From NCBI GenBank assembly GCA_965603825.1, contig CBFDEM010000060.1, forward strand, positions 496,001 through 560,000: DNA of 64,000 nt, read 5' to 3'. Below are positions 59,745 to 64,000 of this stretch, piece by piece. A program made the translations under genes and the position numbers. Below the pieces are notes generated by a model, which was given only the letters and a program-made list of their open reading frames with translations, had not been told where the DNA came from and did no database searches. The stretch is from Blepharisma stoltei ATCC 30299 (lineage: Eukaryota > Protista > Ciliophora). Position 1 is the first letter of the stretch. Each line of letters begins with the position of its first letter.

Positions 59745-61067
59745 TTAACTACTGTTAATAAACTCATCAATATAATCCTGATAAAATGTGTGGAGTTGGA
59801 AAGTTTGCCTGTTTAAAATCCTGACATCATGGGCTTTAGCTAACAATTTCATATAATTTATCAAGCTCAATAGCTCTTTATCTTCTTTCCTGTTAGTCCA
59901 GGAAATTATGGGGATTCCATTATCAGCCTGAAATCCAAAGCTGTACACAGAATTGTCAACTATTGCGATGTCTTGGAGTTTTCTGTTAAGCAGGATCCTT
60001 AAATCTTTTACCATAATCCCTCTTAAGTAGATGCAGCTTTCTCTATACAGTCTGTGGTGGATATATAGGTTATTAGGATCAAGGTAGTCTAATACAGCAT
60101 CAGCATAGGCTTTATGTGAAGCTGTAAATACAATGACTTCAAACAGCTTGCTTGCTTCTTTTAAACATTCTATAGCATAAGGTCTTATATTGATCCCAGT
60201 CTTGGCAATTACTCCAGAAGGCAAAGTTACGTTTATTTGGACATCAGAGTCCCCATTTATTTCTTCACAACAGTGCACTAATGTTTCGTCTAGATCGAAA
60301 ACAATTGTTTTCTTGTTTTCGTAGCCTGATCTTTTTGGAAAATTTACTTGTCGGATTCTGACAAGCTGGATATCAGGAGCAGAAAGCTCTCTTGTGGTTT
60401 TTAAGGCTAAGTAGGTTTGGTAGAGATGGTCTTTGATGATTAGCTCTGTTACTTTTTCTTCTGATTTTTCGTCCTCTAAGCTGCAGGTGGCGGATGTTTT
60501 GGATTTTATGACCCTTTTGCGGAAAAATTTCTTTGATTTTTCAAGAGTTACCATTTCTGCTGATAGCGACTTAAAGAGCTCTTCATCTGTTTTCACACTT
60601 TTTATGGTTGGGGTGACTGCTCTTATAATTTGGCTTTTATGGTTTATAGGTTTCAGGATTTTTGCTGACGAGCTTGGCCTAGGGAAATAAGTTTGACAGT
60701 CTTCACTTGTCTTATTTTCCATTGCATTTTTTACTAGGTCAAAAGAAATATGGATCGGCCTTTGAATTGGCGTAAGGGTGTTAAGAAAAAGGCTCCGTGG
60801 GGTATTTGGAGTTGTGATAGATTTTTTTTCAGTGACCTCTGTTTTCATCGGTTTGAATAAAATTGCAGCTCTTTGTTTCAATTTTGAAGAGCTGCGTAGG
60901 TCAGGAGTTTTGCTTATTGGAGTTGCTCGGTTAGATCTAGAAGATAAACTTTCGTTTTCTGGTAGCAGGATTTCGAATTTCTTTAATTTTTTAAGGTTGC
61001 CTACCTTATCTTGAGTGGAAGAGGAAAAGATATTATTTGTCTGCCTGAAAGCCAGTCGAACTGCCAT
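59745..61067 (-). CDS. FCP1/SCP-type (NIF) CTD small phosphatase-like protein
   Basis: KKTIVFDLDETLVHC, IRPYA, VFTASHKAYADAVLDYLDP, KDLRIL, IVDNS and NGIPI; first ATG at 61067. Confidence 0.93.
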   Translation of the reverse strand: MAVRLAFRQTNNIFSSSTQDKVGNLKKLKKFEILLPENESLSSRSNRATPISKTPDLRSSSKLKQRAAILFKPMKTEVTEKKSITTPNTPRSLFLNTLTPIQRPIHISFDLVKNAMENKTSEDCQTYFPRPSSSAKILKPINHKSQIIRAVTPTIKSVKTDEELFKSLSAEMVTLEKSKKFFRKRVIKSKTSATCSLEDEKSEEKVTELIIKDHLYQTYLALKTTRELSAPDIQLVRIRQVNFPKRSGYENKKTIVFDLDETLVHCCEEINGDSDVQINVTLPSGVIAKTGINIRPYAIECLKEASKLFEVIVFTASHKAYADAVLDYLDPNNLYIHHRLYRESCIYLRGIMVKDLRILLNRKLQDIAIVDNSVYSFGFQADNGIPIISWTNRKEDKELLSLINYMKLLAKAHDVRILNRQTFQLHTFYQDYIDEFINSS

Positions 61068-61543
61068 AATGGTCAATAATTTCTCTTATGCAAACTTAAG
61101 ATATGTGTTTAACTATGTCTATTATTCCTTATTTAGCGATTTTTGATTACAGCTGAGCAAAGTTATTAGACGATTTAGAATTATAGAATATGCAATAGAG
61201 TTATTTTAACATTTATTAATTCATAAAAGAAACATTTGTTCGTTATCTTCATAAATGATTGATTACTATTTATAGCTTCATTATGCAATTTTAACTATAA
61301 TAAAGCTCAATTCAAAGCCGGTCCTCATCATTCTTTTTAAAATTATAATTGCGCCAATATTATGGATAATAAGATGAAACTGCTTTTTCTTAGAAAATAA
61401 GAAAATTTCATTTAGAGCCACACAGCGAAATAAATTCTTTATTAATTACTTCATTGATTCTAAATAAACTAATAATACAAAAATTCAGCCTTAATATAAA
61501 GCTGGGGATATCCATAACGCAATATATTATACAATTTTAAAAA

Positions 61544-62291
61544 TTAATTAGAAGAAATTTGAAGCAAAATGTCTAATTTACACTTCTCGTCTTCCATTTG
61601 ATACCTTGATAGCTCTTCAATTGTTGATTTCATTAAACTGACTGCTTTTAAAGATGACTGTAGCCTTCTCTCTAGAGACAATTTTTTATTAATGCTCTTT
61701 TTGATTTTAATTTCTTGCTTTTCAATTCCTTTCTCGATCATTTGAATCTATAATAATCTTTACCGACTCTTTTTCTTCAAAATAATTGTTTGATAAGCAC
61801 TTCAGCTTATCTTCAACTGCCTGTATCTTTAATGTTTCATCAATTTTTTCTATCTCAACTGCTTCTAAAGTGTTAGATAAATCAGTGATTTCTTTATCAA
61901 ATTTTGAGTTATTTTCATAAGCATCATTTTCAGCAGACTTTATTGCTTTGAGCAATTCCGAATGATTTGTCTTAAAATTTTTAATATCAGTATTCAAGAT
62001 GTTATTCTCACTCGCTGCATTTTCTAATTTTTTTCCTAACTCTTTCACAACTCCTAACTCTTTTTCATACAATTCCGCAAAATTCACATTATAAACTTCT
62101 TCCTTGTTTGAGTTTTCTCTCACAGTGTCCTCTACTATCATACTCATCGAAATTTTGTATTTTATTGCTTTTTCATTCTTTGGGAAAGTAATATATATCG
62201 GAGTCGCAATAGCCCCCGAGCTTGACCTTTTCGCCTTCATAGGAGTGTTTTTGTCACACCTCTTTCTTTTCAAATAGTTGCTAAAGTCCAT
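61544..62291 (-). CDS. Coiled-coil hypothetical protein (243 aa)
   Basis: 16-nt intron 61748-61763 (GTAAAGATTATTATAG) joins ORFs 61722-62291 and 61544-61741 in frame. Confidence 0.75.
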
Positions 62292-62318
62292 ACTTTATTT
62301 ATAGTCTTCTAATAAAAT

Positions 62319-63188
62319 ATGAAACCTGGGCTACTTTTAGGTATTTTAGGCGCTGGGGAGAAAGGTCTTCGAATAGCTCTTCTCGCAAGCCGCAACGCAA
62401 AATTCAATGTAAAATTGATTGATACATGTGAAAAAAATTTATCATACGCAAACCTGTCAATGGAAACCCTACTGATGAGCATGCAAACTTTCGAAGCAAT
62501 TTCTGATAAAGAGTTATATGAAATTCCTCAAAGGATTTCGGTTTCCACTAAAATTGATGCACTCGAGGCATCTGATTTTGTAATAGAATGTATACATGAA
62601 GACTTGGATGCAAAGCGTAATGTATTTCGAAATTTGGAACAGATAGTTCGAAACGATACAATTATTGCTAGTAAATCTTCAAAATTCCCAATAACACAGA
62701 TTGCTCATGACACCTCCCACCCCGAAAGAATAATTGGGTTGTCATTAAAATGGGTAGATTTCAAAAATTGCTTAGACGATGGCCAAGCTATCATAAGGCC
62801 TGGCCTCCAAACATCTCACAGCACTATTCATATTGCCATACAGTTCGTGAAGTCTATAAATTGCACACCGCTCTATGCATGTGACAGTTTAGGCTTTATG
62901 AAATATAGAGATATGTATGCATTTATAAACGAAAGCACTTTTCAAGTCAAAGAAGATTTGTCAACTATTAAGGACATTGATGAAAAATTGAAATCGGAAA
63001 TGAAAATTCCTTTTGGGCCTTTTGAGCTTGCAGATTTAATAGGACTGGAAGACGTATATGCAAAGCTAGAGAAGTATTATCAGAAATTAGAAGACGAAAG
63101 GTTCAAGCCTTCAAAAATCCTGAAAAAGTATATATCTGCTGGTTGGACTGGGAAGAAAGCAGGTCGAGGATTTTATGAATACCATTAA
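62319..63188 (+). CDS. 3-hydroxyacyl/3-hydroxybutyryl-CoA dehydrogenase-like protein with degenerate active site
   Basis: GILGAGEKG, DFVIECIHEDLDAK, HPERIIG, PFGPFELADLIGL and GWTGKKAGRGFYEY. Confidence 0.88.
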   Translation: MKPGLLLGILGAGEKGLRIALLASRNAKFNVKLIDTCEKNLSYANLSMETLLMSMQTFEAISDKELYEIPQRISVSTKIDALEASDFVIECIHEDLDAKRNVFRNLEQIVRNDTIIASKSSKFPITQIAHDTSHPERIIGLSLKWVDFKNCLDDGQAIIRPGLQTSHSTIHIAIQFVKSINCTPLYACDSLGFMKYRDMYAFINESTFQVKEDLSTIKDIDEKLKSEMKIPFGPFELADLIGLEDVYAKLEKYYQKLEDERFKPSKILKKYISAGWTGKKAGRGFYEYH

Positions 63189-63234
63189 TAATCCCAGATA
63201 ATAGGAATTAGACAAATTGTTGTTAATTTTTACA

Positions 63235-63999
63235 TTAATGCTTTTTTTTGGGTATATCAAGGGTATCAACTTTTCTTTGGGGAAACCTTTGGGTTTTCGG
63301 TCTTTCTAAAGCTGGGTTATTTGAAGCTATTTTAGATGCTGTTTTATTTCTGAATAGAGGCTTTGGGTCTGCAACTTTTACTCGAGAAGCTCGTTTAGTT
63401 TCTGCTTGGTTGATTTCTAGTTTTGGCTGCTCTTTTCTTTCAGGGATAGTTTCATTTGATAATTGTTGATCTCATTTATTAAAATTAATAGCAGAGCTGA
63501 TTCAGTCTCCAGCCATTGCTGCAAATGAAATTGCTTTAGAATTTTCAAAAGACCTATATATGAGCTGCTCAGGTTTGCTTTTTGGTGTTAAATCGAGCCT
63601 CCCAGGAGTTTTGATATTTTTTGAAGTGATATCAAGGCTCATTCGCCGACTTGGTTTTTTCAATTGTTCAAAATTTTTGCTTTTTGTTCTCTCATAAGTT
63701 ATAGGTGCGATTAACAGTTGAGCTGTTTTCGATCGGTCACTTTCAGTTATTAGAGTTTGCTCTAACAGTTCATATTTCTTTTTTATTACTGATCAGTTGA
63801 ATTTCCTCGTTGACCATAACTGCTTCATCTTGATCCATAAGAGTTTGTCTCTGATCTCTGTTAATTTTTTATGTTTTTCTTTCAATTCTTTTAAATTTAT
63901 TATGCAATCAACAGTTTTTATCCAAGAAATAATCATTTTGGTAGCCTTATCTCTACGCATAAGTTTTTCCTCTCTTAGTCTATTTGCAGCGGCTCGAAA
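63235..63999 (-). CDS. 3' part of a hypothetical basic protein (partial; possible IQ-like segment)
   Basis: Frame open from the window edge to TAA 63235-63237 with 3 TGA; RDKATKMIISWIK. Confidence 0.65.
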
Positions 64000-64000
64000 T

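Noticed and set aside
1-64000. Prokaryotic, phage, operon or CRISPR interpretation; widespread pseudogenisation suggested by the fragmented ORF track
   Set aside because: Genes are eukaryotic (kinesins, SF3B6, CDPK, SAC1), and nearly all breaks are explained by TGA=Trp or 15/16-nt introns; no repeat-spacer array was seen
1-64000. Telomeric repeats, transposase genes or definite IES boundaries
   Set aside because: No tandem CCCTAACA or C4A2/C4A4 arrays and no DDE transposase ORF were recognised; TA-bounded IESs cannot be called from one sequence

Overview
Gene-dense, AT-rich eukaryotic DNA with the hallmarks of a heterotrich ciliate macronuclear chromosome, most likely Blepharisma. TGA is read as Trp while TAA/TAG are stops, so the supplied ORF track fragments many genes. 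Introns are 15-16 nt GT-AG with an invariant A at position 10, and many intergenic gaps are only 12-40 nt. Re-reading with this code and these introns gives about 44 gene models. They include a class I HDAC, PIG-F, MFS and MATE transporters, SF3B6, two kinesins, an SDR, a BBS10-like chaperonin, RBM28, an inverted pair of amino-acid transporters, an RBR ligase, a CDPK, SAC1, uS5m, POLE2 and a CTD phosphatase. The best candidate for an undescribed system is one uninterrupted ORF (50526-52130, minus) fusing a TRIM-type RING/B-box/coiled-coil module to a complete protein-L-isoaspartyl methyltransferase (PIMT), a possible repair-or-destroy enzyme for age-damaged proteins. Its same-strand neighbours are a NEDD8-like protein lacking the C-terminal GG, an ArfGAP lacking its catalytic Arg, and a divergent DDB1-family protein. 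No telomere, rRNA, tRNA, CRISPR array or transposase was recognised. All family calls rest on motifs recognised by eye; no searches were run.
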